A stretch of 64,000 nucleotides of DNA from Blasia pusilla (Eukaryota): NCBI GenBank assembly GCA_050084515.1, contig CM114271.1:19592001-19656000 (forward strand), in the 5' to 3' direction. Shown in pieces: positions 11,032 through 23,456 of the stretch. Made by a program: the position numbers and the translations under genes. A model generated the notes under the pieces. The model worked only from the letters and a program-made list of their open reading frames with translations, was not told where the DNA came from and did no database searches. Numbering within the stretch: the first letter of the stretch is position 1; the number at the start of each line of letters is the position of its first letter.

Positions 11032-12460
11032 GCGAAAGCTCTATACGGGCTCAAACAAGCTCCAAGAGCTTGGTATGGCAAGATTACATACGTCTTACAA
11101 GAGTTGGGTTTTAGGGTATCTGATTCTGACTCCTCATTATATGTCTTAAGAGGACAAGATCAGACAGTTCTCATTGTGTTGTATGTTGATGATCTCTTGA
11201 TTAATGGGAGTACTAAAGAAATGTTACAACAAGTGAAGCTTAAGTTACAAGCAGAATTTGATATGAAGGACTTGGGAGAACTCAAGTACTTCCTTGGTAT
11301 TGAGTTTATCAAGGTTGGAGAGAGCATGTGGTTATTACAACGACAATATGCTCTTCATATGCTTTCAAAATATGGTATGACGGCTTGTAAGCCAATCTCT
11401 ACACCGTTGGACCAGAGCGTGAAGCTAAGAGTGGATGAAGGAGAGTTGCTTGCAGATTCTAATATGTGCAGGCGCATGGTTCGAAGTTTGATCTATCTTA
11501 CTATAACCAGACCAGATTTGAGCTATGTTGTTGGCCTAGTGAGCTTGTTTATGCAAGCCCCTCGAAAACCTCACCTTGATGCTGTGAGGAGGATTATGCA
11601 GTATGTGAAAATTCTCTATTCTATTTGGGCTTCAATTTGAACCTTCTCCGAGTTTTCAATTACAGGGATTCACAGATGCTGATTGGGCAGGAAGCGTGTT
11701 TGATCGAACTCCACATGTGGTTATTCATTTACTTTGGGAAGCGCAACTATAAGTTGGGCTTCAAAGAAGCAACCTACAGTTGATTTATCTTCAACAGAGG
11801 CTGAGTACAGAGGAGCAACCAATGCAACATGTGAGGCGGTGTGGCTTCATCGATTACTTGTTGAGATTGGTGTTAATAACTTAGGACCTAGTATAATATA
11901 TGCAAACAATATTAATAGCATCAAGCTTGCTAATAACCCTGTGTGTCATACTCGTACAAAGCATGTTGAGGTGCACTATCATTTTATCAAAGAGAAAGTG
12001 CTTGCAGGAGAAATTGATTTTGTGTATATAGGTACAGATCAGCAAATTGCTGACATCTGTACAAAGGCATTGTCTAGAGATAAGTTTGAGATGTTTAGAA
12101 AGGATTTAGGCATTAGAGATATCGATATGAGCTTGAGGGGGAGTATTGAAGATTGAGTTACAGTCAAGCTCATGAGACACTTGAACTGCTACATTTGGTA
12201 CTTACACAAAGTAGGGAAGCTTAATCTTGGTTAGTCAGTTAAGCACGATTATCTTAACTAAGGTTAGTTAATCACAGTTAGTCTAACTCGAGACTATGGT
12301 TAAGGGTAGGTTTAGGGTTGATTGTACATACCCTATATAATTGAGAAGAAGACCAGCCTCCACTCATTCACTCATTACAAATTTCGTTCTCCATGGTGGT
12401 GTGTGTGTGTGAGCCGTTTTCCACCAGTTATGCTTGTTTAGTAGTTTTCCACTCCTATAA
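11032..12460 (+). mobile_element. Ty1/copia retrotransposon remnant (RT, RNase H, PPT and start of 3' LTR)
   Basis: KALYGLKQAPRAWY, LYVDDLL, TRPDLSY, DADWAG (frameshifted), SSTEAEY and [14 protein letters not shown] motifs. PPT GAGGGGGAG at 12135-12143, then TG at 12147. Right boundary is approximate. Confidence 0.93.
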
Positions 12461-12660
12461 ACCCTAAGGAATTCCAAATGAGAGGCCCTAGTAGAGCCTA
12501 AGGACTTCCAAATGAGACTTCCTAGTAGAGTCGTGGGTCTTCCAAATGAGATGTCCCTAATTGGTTCTACATGACGGATGGCTATTTCACCTGCGGTCAG
12601 GTGAGGTGTGCCGGTTTGCCACGAAGAGAACCAACGAGATGAGATGATGCGCGAGATAAA

Positions 12661-13889
12661 GTGGAGTGTTCAAATCTCATGGACAGATATGACGGAGAGT
12701 TAACCGGGTATCGGCAGTGACGTGAACGGTGGAATCCTTCCCCAACCAAAGATGATCCTTGCTATTTCACCGCGATTTTACGACACATGAGGATCAATGA
12801 CTACTCTTTGGTCCCCTGAAATCTGAACCGTCGGATCTTCATCGACCATATAAAACCTCCATGGGGACCCACCCCAAGAGCTTCCAAAACGCCCCTAATA
12901 GAGCCATAGGACTTCCAAATGAAACGCACTAATAGAACCCGAGGAGAATTGGGGAGAATGACTTCGCTATTTTTCTCGTTAATTGGCCTCAATGTGCTTC
13001 TTGTCCTACTTCTTACGATTATTTGTGGCATAAGTTATTTAGGGGTGGGGTTTAGGGTTTAGGGTGGAGTGTTCAAATCTCATGGACAGATATGACGGAG
13101 AGTTAACCGGGTATCGGCAATTCTGTGAACGGAGTGGAATCCTTCCCCAACCAAAGATGATCCTTGCTATTTCACACCGCGATTTTTACGGCACATGAGG
13201 ATCAATGACTACTCTTTGGTCCCTGAAATCTGAACCGTCGGATCTTCATCGACCATATAAAACCTCCATGGGGACCCACCCCAAGAGCTTCCAAATGCGA
13301 CGCCCTAATAGAGCCATAGGACTTCCAAATGAAACGCACTAATAGAACCCGAGGAGAATTGGGGAGAATTCAGACGACTTCGCTATTTTCCTCGTTAATT
13401 GGCCTCAATGTGCTTCTTGTCCTACTTCTTACGCTGTTCGCTGTGGCATAAGTTATTTAGGGGTGGGGTTTAGGGTTTAGGGTGGAGTGTTCAAATCTCA
13501 TGGACAGATATGACGGAGAGTTAACCGGGTATCGGCAATTCTGTGAACGGAGTGGAATCCTTCCCCAACCAAAGATGATCCTTGCTATTTCACACCGCGA
13601 TTTTTACAGCACATGAGGATCAATGACTACTCTTTGGTCCCTGAAATCTGAACCGTCGGATCTTCATCGACCATATAAAACCTCCATGGGGACCCACCCC
13701 AAGAGCTTCCAAATGCGACGCCCTAATAGAGCCATAGGACTTCCAAATGAAACGCACTAATAGAACCCGAGGAGAATTGGGGAGAATTCAGACGACTTCG
13801 CTATTTTCCTCGTTAATTGGCCTCAATGTGCTTCTTGTCCTACTTCTTACGCTGTTCGCTGTGGCATAAGTTATTTAGGGGTGGGGTTC
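12661..13889. repeat. Tandem triplication of a ~403-418-bp unit immediately upstream of mS35
   Basis: Units start GTGGAGTGTTCAAATCTC at 12661, 13064 and 13482. Units 2 and 3 are almost identical. Confidence 0.95.
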
Positions 13890-14172
13890 GTGTAATGAAT
13901 GATACGCCCTGAGGATTCCAGACGACGAGAGTGTGATACCCGTACTCTCCAATAATTCTTTTTTTTTCCTCTTTCCTTCTTCTTCTGTTTTCTTGTACCC
14001 TGTGACAGGTTTTCCAGGAGTTGGAGATTGCGTGATGAGCGATCTGTATCTGGTCGGGGTCACGAGAGCAGAGCCGCGTTAGTCAGACGGGCGGTGGAGG
14101 AGGAGAGGCGAGGCGGCTGAGCAGTGGTCTAGTGATCGGTTGATTGATTGGCAACGGAGGACGAGTGGAAAA

Positions 14173-16947
14173 ATGCAGAAAGCTCTTGCAGCATTTATCG
14201 GTCGCTCATCCCGCAGCCTGTCAGGTCAAATTCTCGGTCACTCTGCATCTGGCTACGGCCACGGCTACTCGTCCTCCGTTGCCCGGAGATTCGCCAGGCA
14301 TTTTTCGGCCAGCGATGGGACGGAGGTTGGTGCATCTTCAGGTCAGATTCCCACGCTTTTCAATTCTTATGTTACCTATTGGGTTTGAGATGAGAAGCGA
14401 TGGAGATCGGAAGCTGCATGGAGAGGTTCAATAAATTGCACCAGCAGACAGTATGGAATTGCAGGGAATGATATCCTGGTTCGGGAGAGGCGCCTCAGAA
14501 TGCTGTAAATGGGATTCCGCCAATTGTGAAAATGCGATGCAGTGTTGTGTTGACTGCGTTTGGAAAATTGCTGGCTTGCTGAGTTATTCTAGAGTTTTGC
14601 AGTTGTGATTGTCGCTTGTGTTGTTTAGCCGTGCACCTTCTGAGTTTGTGGAGGTGGACTGGCATTCGTTCAGTGGAGGGTGAGAAAGCAGAGGCGGAGA
14701 AACCAGTGAAACGGAAGAAGCTGAGTAAGAAAGAGCGCTTCGGTCGATATGATCAGGAGTTTGAGGACGAAATGGCGCAGATTCCAATCGATAATAGCAT
14801 AGAACATCTCTACGACACGAGACCAATCGTGGAGAAATGGATGGGTCACCCAACATTTTATGATATGATTTCAGGTTTGAGTGTACCTGGCCTTTCTCTG
14901 TACATTCTGTCACAGCTGTGACACTCTACACCACCGGAGTATTAGCTAGCCATCTTGAGGCACCAGTCTACAGCCATCGCGTTTCCTGATCCAACTTTAG
15001 CTTGTGCACTCAATCTCTTTAGTAGTAGCTGAGATCATTCTCTAACTGAGGAAACTTTCCTGTTTACATAGTGTCCTTTTGGTGACTATTTTATACTCTA
15101 GGATTTTAATTACTGAAGGGCCTCTCAAGAAGAATGGAGTGAGTTTTCAATACCTGGTACTGCCAGTGTCGGGGTTCCCAGCCCCAAGGAACTGGTTTTC
15201 CCTACGTTGGAAGTTCAGATGTGAACAGGAGGACAGCTGCAAGGACTAATTCATTATAATCTATAGTAGTGTGAATCATTCATAGAGAGGCACGGGTTTC
15301 TCAGCCATCCGCAGCTTGTAGGAACAGAGCAAGAGGTTTCTCCAGAATGCATTATGGGTGCAGCTCACTCTTGTGGAGATGGGTCGAGGTCTGTTGTTGG
15401 TTGGCAAATCAGGGGTTTGGATGGGAGAGACACGGATATTGTTGAACATTCAGGACTCTAGACTGACCTTTAATTGCAGAGAAATAGTAAGCAAGGCGAT
15501 AGAACAGCATGCATCTGTAAAGAATGTGAGATGCAGCAAAGAGCGGATCAGAGTAGCTCTTTAAATACACCGGGCCCTCTATTGTGCCCTTCCTACAACA
15601 GAAAACGTGTCCTACCTAATGTAAATGCAATTCACGTCCAGGAGTGCTGAGTCACTGACAAGTGACACCTGTTCACCAACACATTAGAGGTGAGTCACAA
15701 GAATGACCTGCCTGTCCTATTATACCTGCGGAGGTGGCTAGGCATGGTGTCAATAGAGGAAGGTGGCCGGTAATCAGCTACCTGCTGATATCTAACAGAT
15801 ATGACATGTAATCCTGTGGTGTGAACCAAGTCCTCAATCAAAGACTAACCGATGCAGCTTTCGTAGAAGAGTAGATTTTTGGGAACTGAAAGAATCCACT
15901 TCTTAGTCTCGAGAGATCAAAACTTATGATGAGTGGGACTCCTATCAATTTGAAATCAGAGGAACAGTGCCTCATCTCCTCTGTGCTCTCTGCGTCTAAT
16001 TGTGTTATTTGTCCTCAATCGTCAATGTGTATTATAGACTGAGTGAATTATTCTAAAACCCTACAACCCTACTCAGGCCATGACCTGTGCGTACTCAAGA
16101 GAACACATACCTTGCGTTTGCTCCTGAGTGGGAATCTTGGAAATCTAGGGCCTGGAACCAATAAATATCCATCAAGCAGAGGCCAAGCTTGAAATCTAGT
16201 GCTGATAGGGTTCAATGAACCGAAGGGGTCAATTGTTTCATCTTCCATGTATGCATTGTAGGTGCCCACATATATAGCGTAGTGCATTACATGCTTTATG
16301 TGGATAGAATACTCCCAGGTTTCCTAATTGCTTTCTCATTTCTTGAAGTGTTCAGACATTCTCGTTCTTACTTATGTAATTCATCTTTGGATGCAGAGGA
16401 TGCATATCCAAGAGGAGGAGCTCCCAATGATGAACCTCCTGGGGAAGGTCCAATTTTGAGGTGGGAGACAAGGGTAGTACTGAGCCCTGGAGGAGAAGCT
16501 TATCATCCAGCAAATCGCAAGGTTAAAGTATCAGTCTATGTGAAAGAGCTGAACCTTTCTGCTGCAGAAAAGGAACAGCTTTTGGCAATGGTGGGGAAAC
16601 GCTACAACCCACATAAAGACGAATTGACCATAGTCAGTGAAAGGTACTGTCAAACACATGGCATATTTTAACAGTGAGATTTCTTGTGAGCATATGTAGA
16701 GACACTGTTGTGATGAGGGTACAAGTTTCCAGATATGACATAAGGCTGGTTGGGGCAAACAAACTCAAATGTAATGCCAACTGTGTCCCTTGTAGGGTTG
16801 TGGAAAATTATGCTCCTCACTCTGAAATTTCTGTACAGATTTGAGCAGCGGGAAGAAAATAGGAAGGATGTTCTGAGGATACTATTATCTCTGATCGAAG
16901 AAGTGCAGAAGAAAGAGGAAGTTGTCGTGGAGGCTGAGCAAGCATGA
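14173..16947 (+). CDS. MRPS35: Mitochondrial small ribosomal subunit protein mS35 (S24/S35 family), 4 coding exons, about 241 aa
   Basis: GT-AG exons 14173-14341, 14674-14874, 16397-16643 and 16839-16947 join in frame. The N-terminus is Ser/Arg-rich like a presequence. PILRWETRVV...HPANRKVKVSVYVKELNLS...VGKRYNPHKDELTIVSERFEQREENRKD is typical of plant mS35. An extra small exon in the 1.5-kb intron is not excluded. Confidence 0.88.
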
Positions 16948-18754
16948 ATCTGATTGAAGAGGGATTCAGCTTCATGAACTAGGGTTTATCAGATTGCCCG
17001 CAATTTTGATTCCGTTGTCGTAAAGTTCACACTTCTACAGGTATGACTGAGAAAGCTCAATCTTACCGTGGCAAATTAGTGGAATTTGTAGGAAGTGGTT
17101 GTCTGCTTGGCCATAAGAGGGGACTACCATGCAAACCATTGATTCAAGGGCACATCAGCAAGCTATCCATAAATGCGTTATCTCTGGGAATTCAAAGAGG
17201 AATCTAATGACTGATGGTGTCCATGGTTTCTAGTGGGCCACCCATGAATCTTTTGGATTCTCACGTGTCCTGGAAAATTTTGCCAGGCTCTCAACCACTC
17301 CTGACCTGAGAAGATCCAACTAGCCTCGGATGCACATGTCAAAAGAAGAGGACTCCAGTAACTGCAACCAGATCCTGATTCCTCCAAAGCATAGAGTGAG
17401 AGTATTATACTCTCTTTTACGGCTTTTTAAATTGGATGTGAACTTGTTTTTACTATTCATTGCTTGAAACAAAGCATCTCCCAGAAAGCACGACGGCTGC
17501 AAAACCTGCCTTTTTTGCACCCAACCTAAGGAAGTGGAAGATAATGTGGAAGATAATGAATCATTTCTGTTTTTCAGGGCTCACCGGAACATGTAGTGTA
17601 ATTGCTGACAATAACCGGAGAGGTTTGAGGATGTGATGGAAAAGCATTAGACATTTATCATGAGATGAAATAGCTTGTAGTTATTTCAGATGGTGATGCA
17701 TCAGTGCTCGTTCTTTTTCATGAATGCTTACCTTGTCCCCATTTTGACCCGCCACTTCCTTCTCATTTGAAATGAATGCTCTTTATGGTCAAACATGTTT
17801 CTATCTGCGATCGACAATGTGTTACTTCGGCTGCAAATCTATTTGCAGATGGATGGATCTTTGTCTTCGCTGCACTGGAAATTGTTCCGTTTACGGTATG
17901 TGTTACAAGAAAGAAGTCAGGGCCTTTCACAGTCATAGAGGTGTCTCCACATCCCTCCGGGTAGTTCCCTTATGGGAATCTGTGTCCACGGCCCTCTCTA
18001 CTTCAGTCAAATTGCCCCAGATCTAATTTCTCCAGGAATAAGTTAGTGTGCCAGTGTCTGATGGCACCCGAGGGCTGCTGTGTAATAGATGTCCATGGAC
18101 GAGACTGATATACAATGATTCATGCTAATTCAACCACCTGTCTCTTTCCTGGGGAGTCGCGGATGTGCACCTGGTGTGGATCCCCTTTAGATGAGTGACA
18201 TTACCTGGACTGTTCTAGGGATAAGGTCACATATGCAGCTCGGTCTGCATTACCCTAGTCCACTGCTTCTCGGATATGCACTTGCTGTGGATGCAGTTTC
18301 TGATGATGGCGTAATGGTGGCTTTCTTCCATCTGAACGCCTGAACTGTCCATGTTCTTCCATTGCATCGGACCTTTCACTCACACCATCAAGACTAGAGT
18401 CTGCAACACGATCTCTGGAAGAGTACTTGGAAAGAGACCTGGATGCCGTTGTAATCCATGTGCAAGGACATACCCCTCCAGTCTCGGATACCGAAAATTT
18501 TCTTATTTCCTGCAGCCAGGAGTCCATCCCTTCTTTCCAAAGAGTGGAAGCGCCACAGTTTCCATCCGGAGCTCTCCACGGAGGAGATCAATGCTCGAAC
18601 AGAGCGGGACAGTCTCCAGCCATGAAATCACCATGTGAATGCACACATCTGTGAGTCCTCTGTCAACCGCACGAATTGCGCAGTTCCATCTCCAAAGATC
18701 GGAGCACTCGACGACCTTCATCAGTTGGTGTAGCAGAAGCAGTTCGCATGGCCG

Positions 18755-19516
18755 AACGGCTCCCTGCGATCTTGAACCCAAAGGATCACGACCAGTTCGT
18801 CAAGAATCTATCGGCGGGAGTCCGGAAAGATTATGCATCCCCCAAAGCGTTACTTCCGTCGTACGTCTTGCCCCTCCGCTTCTAGAAGTCCGCAGCTCTT
18901 GCAAGACACGTCAATTCCGAGCATGACTTCTCAACGGTTACCCGTGATCTTGTTGAACCTCGAGATTCCTGACCTGTTCATCAAGAATCAGTCAGCGCAA
19001 GTCCGGAAAGATCATGCATCTTCGAAAGCGGTACTTCCGTCCGCTTCTACCGGAAAAGATGCACTTCGATAAAAACAAGTGATGGAAAACCCATCGGAAG
19101 TACAAAAGAGGGGGACTCAAAGAGTCAAAACCTGAAGGCCACAACAAGACCAGAAAAGGAAGAAGGGGGCATTCCCCCCAACGACGAAACTCACCAACAG
19201 CAGAGACAATATCAGCAACAACAAGAGAGTTATGACTACTACTAAGTGGGCCTCTAGCGCCGGCGTCTCCCACAACCGCTTCTACAACTCCGCAGCCCTC
19301 GCGAGACACGTCAATTCCGAGAATGATTTCCAAACGGTTCCCCGCGATCTTGAACCCCAAGCATCGCGACCACTTCTTCAAGAATCTAACAGCGCGAGTT
19401 TGGAAAGATTATGCATCTTCAAAAGCGTCACGTCCGTCGTACGTCCTGCCTCTCGGCTTCCAGAGTCCAGACGTCCGCATCTCCTGCTACACGCGTCAAT
19501 TCCGAGCATGATTTCC
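18755..19516. repeat. Diverged ~178-185-bp repeat, about 3 copies with an interruption
   Basis: AACGG..CCC.GCGATCTTG(A) at 18755, 18933 and 19333. GTCAATTCCGAG recurs near 18910, 19310 and 19495. Confidence 0.85.
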
Positions 19517-19661
19517 TCCATAGCCGCAATTCAAGATGTCAACTCCGCGCACAGCTTCAGCATCGCGCTCATTCCAGAATCTAGCACAATTCAAGCACAA
19601 GCCTCCTCCCGCAGGACACGAAGGGCAGAATTGCCGTTCAAGCGACTGCCTCTGTCGCAAC

Positions 19662-19847
19662 CAATGCTCGGCAAGAACCGGCATTCTTCGTTAAACCAGC
19701 CGATTGAGAACGTGCGATTTCCGACGAGAAAAATGAGTTTTCTTTGTTAAATTTAAAAGAAACCGGCTAGAATGGAGAAATTACCGACTACCTTGAGAGT
19801 TCTCTCGGAAAGCTACCGGTGTGCATAAAAATCCTTGCCGAGCACTG
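19662..19847. mobile_element. hAT-type MITE (186 bp)
   Basis: Terminal inverted repeats CAATGCTCGGCAAGAA and CAGTGCTCGGCAAGGA (14/16). Flanks GTCGCAAC and ATCGCAAC form a 7/8 8-bp TSD. A second copy lies inverted at 49695-49900. Confidence 0.85.
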
Positions 19848-20101
19848 ATCGCAACAACTCTGATCTTCGGGCGCTCCCATGCTCCATCCGCGAAACGGCC
19901 AAGAGGGAGGGCGTCCGTTCCACCTTCCGAGCGACTATGATGATTCCGATCGCGAGAACCCGGCGAAGGCGAAGATCAGAAGTCAAATGGAAGCATCGGT
20001 GCATTCCCACGTTCTGTTTTATGCTAAGAATCTTTTCTTGTCATTAATTTAAATTTCATTAAATGAGAGAAAAAGAATGCTAATAAAAAATTAGGTGGTA
20101 A

Positions 20102-23100
20102 TCTATATAATAAGACAAGATAGCGGGACAAAAGAAAAATAGGCATCATTTTTTACTTTTGTTGCTTTAGCCCATTAGATCGCCTCGTATATATCCATTT
20201 TATTATAAAATAAACCTCAAAAGAGGACAAACAAAGGTAATAACATCTAGAAAAAGGAGTCAAAAAATGCATAAAAGAATGCAAGAATGGAAATGGCAAC
20301 TAGCCAACGCAAACACCGACCCAACGAGTTACACGATTGATAGCCTGAAACAAATCTGACAAGAACAAGAGTGGTTGATCAGACGTGAATGGACGACGAG
20401 GCGAGCGACCCCCACCACCTCCGCACGACGAATCAATATCAATGCTTGTGCACGTTGTAAGGCCACTGAAATGCATTGCTGAAAATAAGTAGTAACTACA
20501 AAGAGAGAAGGACTACGGGAAGGGGCAAGGTGATGATTCTCGAGGGAGTGGTGAGCACAAGTTTTTAGGAAAGTATCAAAAGACACATGTAAATGACCGA
20601 ATACTTCCATTGCAAAAGGAATAAATCCATCAGTCGCATGTCTCACAGCATAACTTAACTCCTTGATTCTTGTTGCAGCTTCAGGCGCCAAACCTTTGGT
20701 ATGTGCGACTCGACACACCAAGTCAAAACGTGTTGGATCAGCAACCACCACATCACCTAGTGTCCGGAATCCACCTCGAGACATAACAAGATCCACTCTC
20801 CGACGAGAGGTAGGACATGGAGTTGCTCTTGCCCAACGGTGTATCCTGCAGTACGAGCCATCGATGCTACCGCCTCTCTAATGACATTATGTGTGGCCGT
20901 TCGTTCTCCACCATGTGCACAACGTAGAATATGGATACCCTTGGCATCAATGGGATCCCCGCATACACAATTCGGCACACCTAACAGAGAAGGATGGGGA
21001 AGTCCCAGACGTAACCGCAAAGCTGTCGAGAATACACTTCGAGGAAGACGAAATGGAAGAATAAGAGGATTTGCAATAAGCCACGCCCCCGCTCTCGTAC
21101 CCGCACTTGAACGCAAACAAGTTCGATGAGCGTCAGAGGATGCCTCGGAGAGAATGCTGGAAAAGTTCATTTGATGCAGATTCTTGGAGATATGCTCTTG
21201 AAGTCGATCAAGCCCTTCCGTAATCAATTGACTGAAAGGGTGTAGAATTGCTTGTGTAGCAAGAGGAAGAAGAGCTTGTGCAGATCTCAGTTGTTGTTGA
21301 AATAACAAGTCCCCCTCCTCTACATGGACGATATGATCCATCAAGATAGGTGTATCTCCTTGGAGAAACCTTGAAGTCATAATCGGTGCTACCAACGCCC
21401 AACTCCCCAAAAAGGCTGCAGGAGCAGATGCGACTATGGAGGACAGTCCCACCCCTCCAAAAGAAATAGGAAAGATAGCTTGTCGTGAAGCAAAGACACC
21501 ATCCTCTCCCTCAAAGGTACTCGGGCCAAGAAGTTGACCAAAAGTTGCCCAGATAGAAGTATCAAAAGATATAAGAACCTTGAAATGGGAGGACAAGTGC
21601 GAAGAAGGTAGGAGGGACATGGTAGAAAACATTGGGAGAGAATCCCATAAGCCTCTTGGGGATGGAAGCCATTCCACGTCTTTCAAAAGGGCCTCATCCA
21701 AGAACTTTGAGACATAGTCAATGAAGCAATTGGGACCCCAAGAACCCTAATCGCTTCAATGTAGATGGGAAAATCAGGAGTAGGTGGGGTGAATGTTGAG
21801 GGAAGGCATGAAGGAGACCATACTCCACATTTACTAGGTTGGACTTTAAGGTTTAAGAAAGACAGTTGCTTCACGAAATGGGTATAAGCAGGAACCACTT
21901 CAGAAGGAGGACTTATAACGTGAGTGTCATCAATAATAGAAGGGAAAAGACAAGATGGAAATACTTGCGCTGATGCTCGGAGGGCACAAAAGTGGGCAAT
22001 GGCAAAGAGTGGGCCACCCATGGGATCACCTTGACGTGTGCCACAAGTCGATTGTAGATTACTATATTCCCCGGAAGTAGCATGATGGGAATAGATAATG
22101 GGCGTATCATAGGCATAGAAGGAGCGAGCGAATGGAATGAGGCTCGCAAGTTGTCCTCTTGCACAACTTAATTCCTCAGAGATGGCCGCACGAGAAACTG
22201 AATTGAATGCGTTAGCCATATTGACTTGAATTGTTGCCCAATCTGGATGAATATCAAGAGTGGAGCGAATCTTATGCACCACAACCTCACAACCTCTAGG
22301 AGTTGCCACTCCAAATTGATGAGGAAATAAATGGGCACTAAAGTGAGGACGAAATTGCAAGCATAGGGATCGACTAACCAAGCGGTATAAAACATCTCCA
22401 ATAGCCAAAGGGCGCACATTTGAAGGAGGCTTATCCATAGCCAACAAATGACAAGCCCCTAAGAGCCTAGAGATAGAGAAAGGGAGACGTCATGCCGCCA
22501 TATGTGTACACACCTTATATAGAGAGACAAAGCCACTTGCTGAATCTGCCACGATAAAGCAATTGCGGAGATGCGAAAAAACCATCCATAATTAGATGGA
22601 TAGAAATAAAACAAAAGAAACGAATAGGGATTTGAATGGAATATATATTAATCATTAAGTAATTAATTTAATAATATAATGGGTGATTGTAAATATTAAT
22701 AAAATATGATAAATAACCAAAATTTTAGAATTTTTACCTCGATTGATATTTGATGGAAAAAGGAGATAAAAATTGAATGGAAGAATAGATTTTATTTAAA
22801 TTTTATGGAAAGATAAAATTACTTAGTGTATTGGTATATCATTTAAATTTGAATGGAAGATTGTAATTACTAAGAACAGTGAAATATTATTACTCTTCTA
22901 AGATTTTAGAAAATAAAAATCATATTTAAAATTTGAAATAAGTAAAAAAATCATTTTTTGAAATAATTTTATTAATTCACATGTTAAATATTGGGAAAGA
23001 AAATTGAATTTGAATGGAAAAGGAAAACAATTTCGTAAATTAAAATTAACTAAGATTTTAATTAGTGAATGTTATTTTGGTGGGAAGAATGGAAGGGGGA

Positions 23101-23446
23101 GAATAGTTATTGTTTGAGCTTGTACGGAGGAATGAAATTATTTATAGGAGATGGGTGTTATTTAAAGGTGAAATTTTCTTACTCTTTTAAGATTCCCAAA
23201 AAAAAATTTATTTTGAAAATTAAATAAAATTTGAAAATTGCAAAAATAATTTTAAAAAACTGTTATTGACACGTATTGTTTAAGGCCCTATTGACATGTG
23301 GTAATTGAACAAGAAAAAAATGTTTCACATGTTATGGCCTGAAAGAAAAAATTTTGAATTTGTGTGCATCATCATTAATCCCTTCACTAACAAAAGTTCT
23401 TCAAACAATTTTTTTTTTTCCATGCATCGCATGAGTACCTTACTAG
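20102..23446 (+). mobile_element. Probable non-autonomous Helitron hosting the LINE insertion
   Basis: A|TCTATATAATAAG 5'-type end at 20102. A CATGC-ATC-GCATG hairpin followed by CTAG|T marks a 3' end at 23446. Pairing the two ends as one element is inference. Confidence 0.5.
20200..22590 (-). mobile_element. 5'-truncated, frameshifted non-LTR retrotransposon with RT, Zn knuckle and restriction-like endonuclease (CRE/Cnl1-like)
   Basis: RT motifs RPLAIGD..RL, HQFGVA...GCE, MANAFNSVSR, GTRQGDPMG and IDD. C-terminal CVCG...HILRC...RTATHN, then DLV...GDVVVADP...KE..Y...FIPFAMEVFG, the RLE layout of R2-superclade elements. Confidence 0.85.
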
Positions 23447-23456
23447 TCATAAAAAA

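Noticed and set aside
13051-13064. Chromosome end or large interstitial telomere array
   Set aside because: Only two TTTAGGG units per site; treated as junction filler or telobox.
17700-18700. Overlapping short ORFs on both strands downstream of mS35
   Set aside because: No coherent exon chain or known domain could be assembled.
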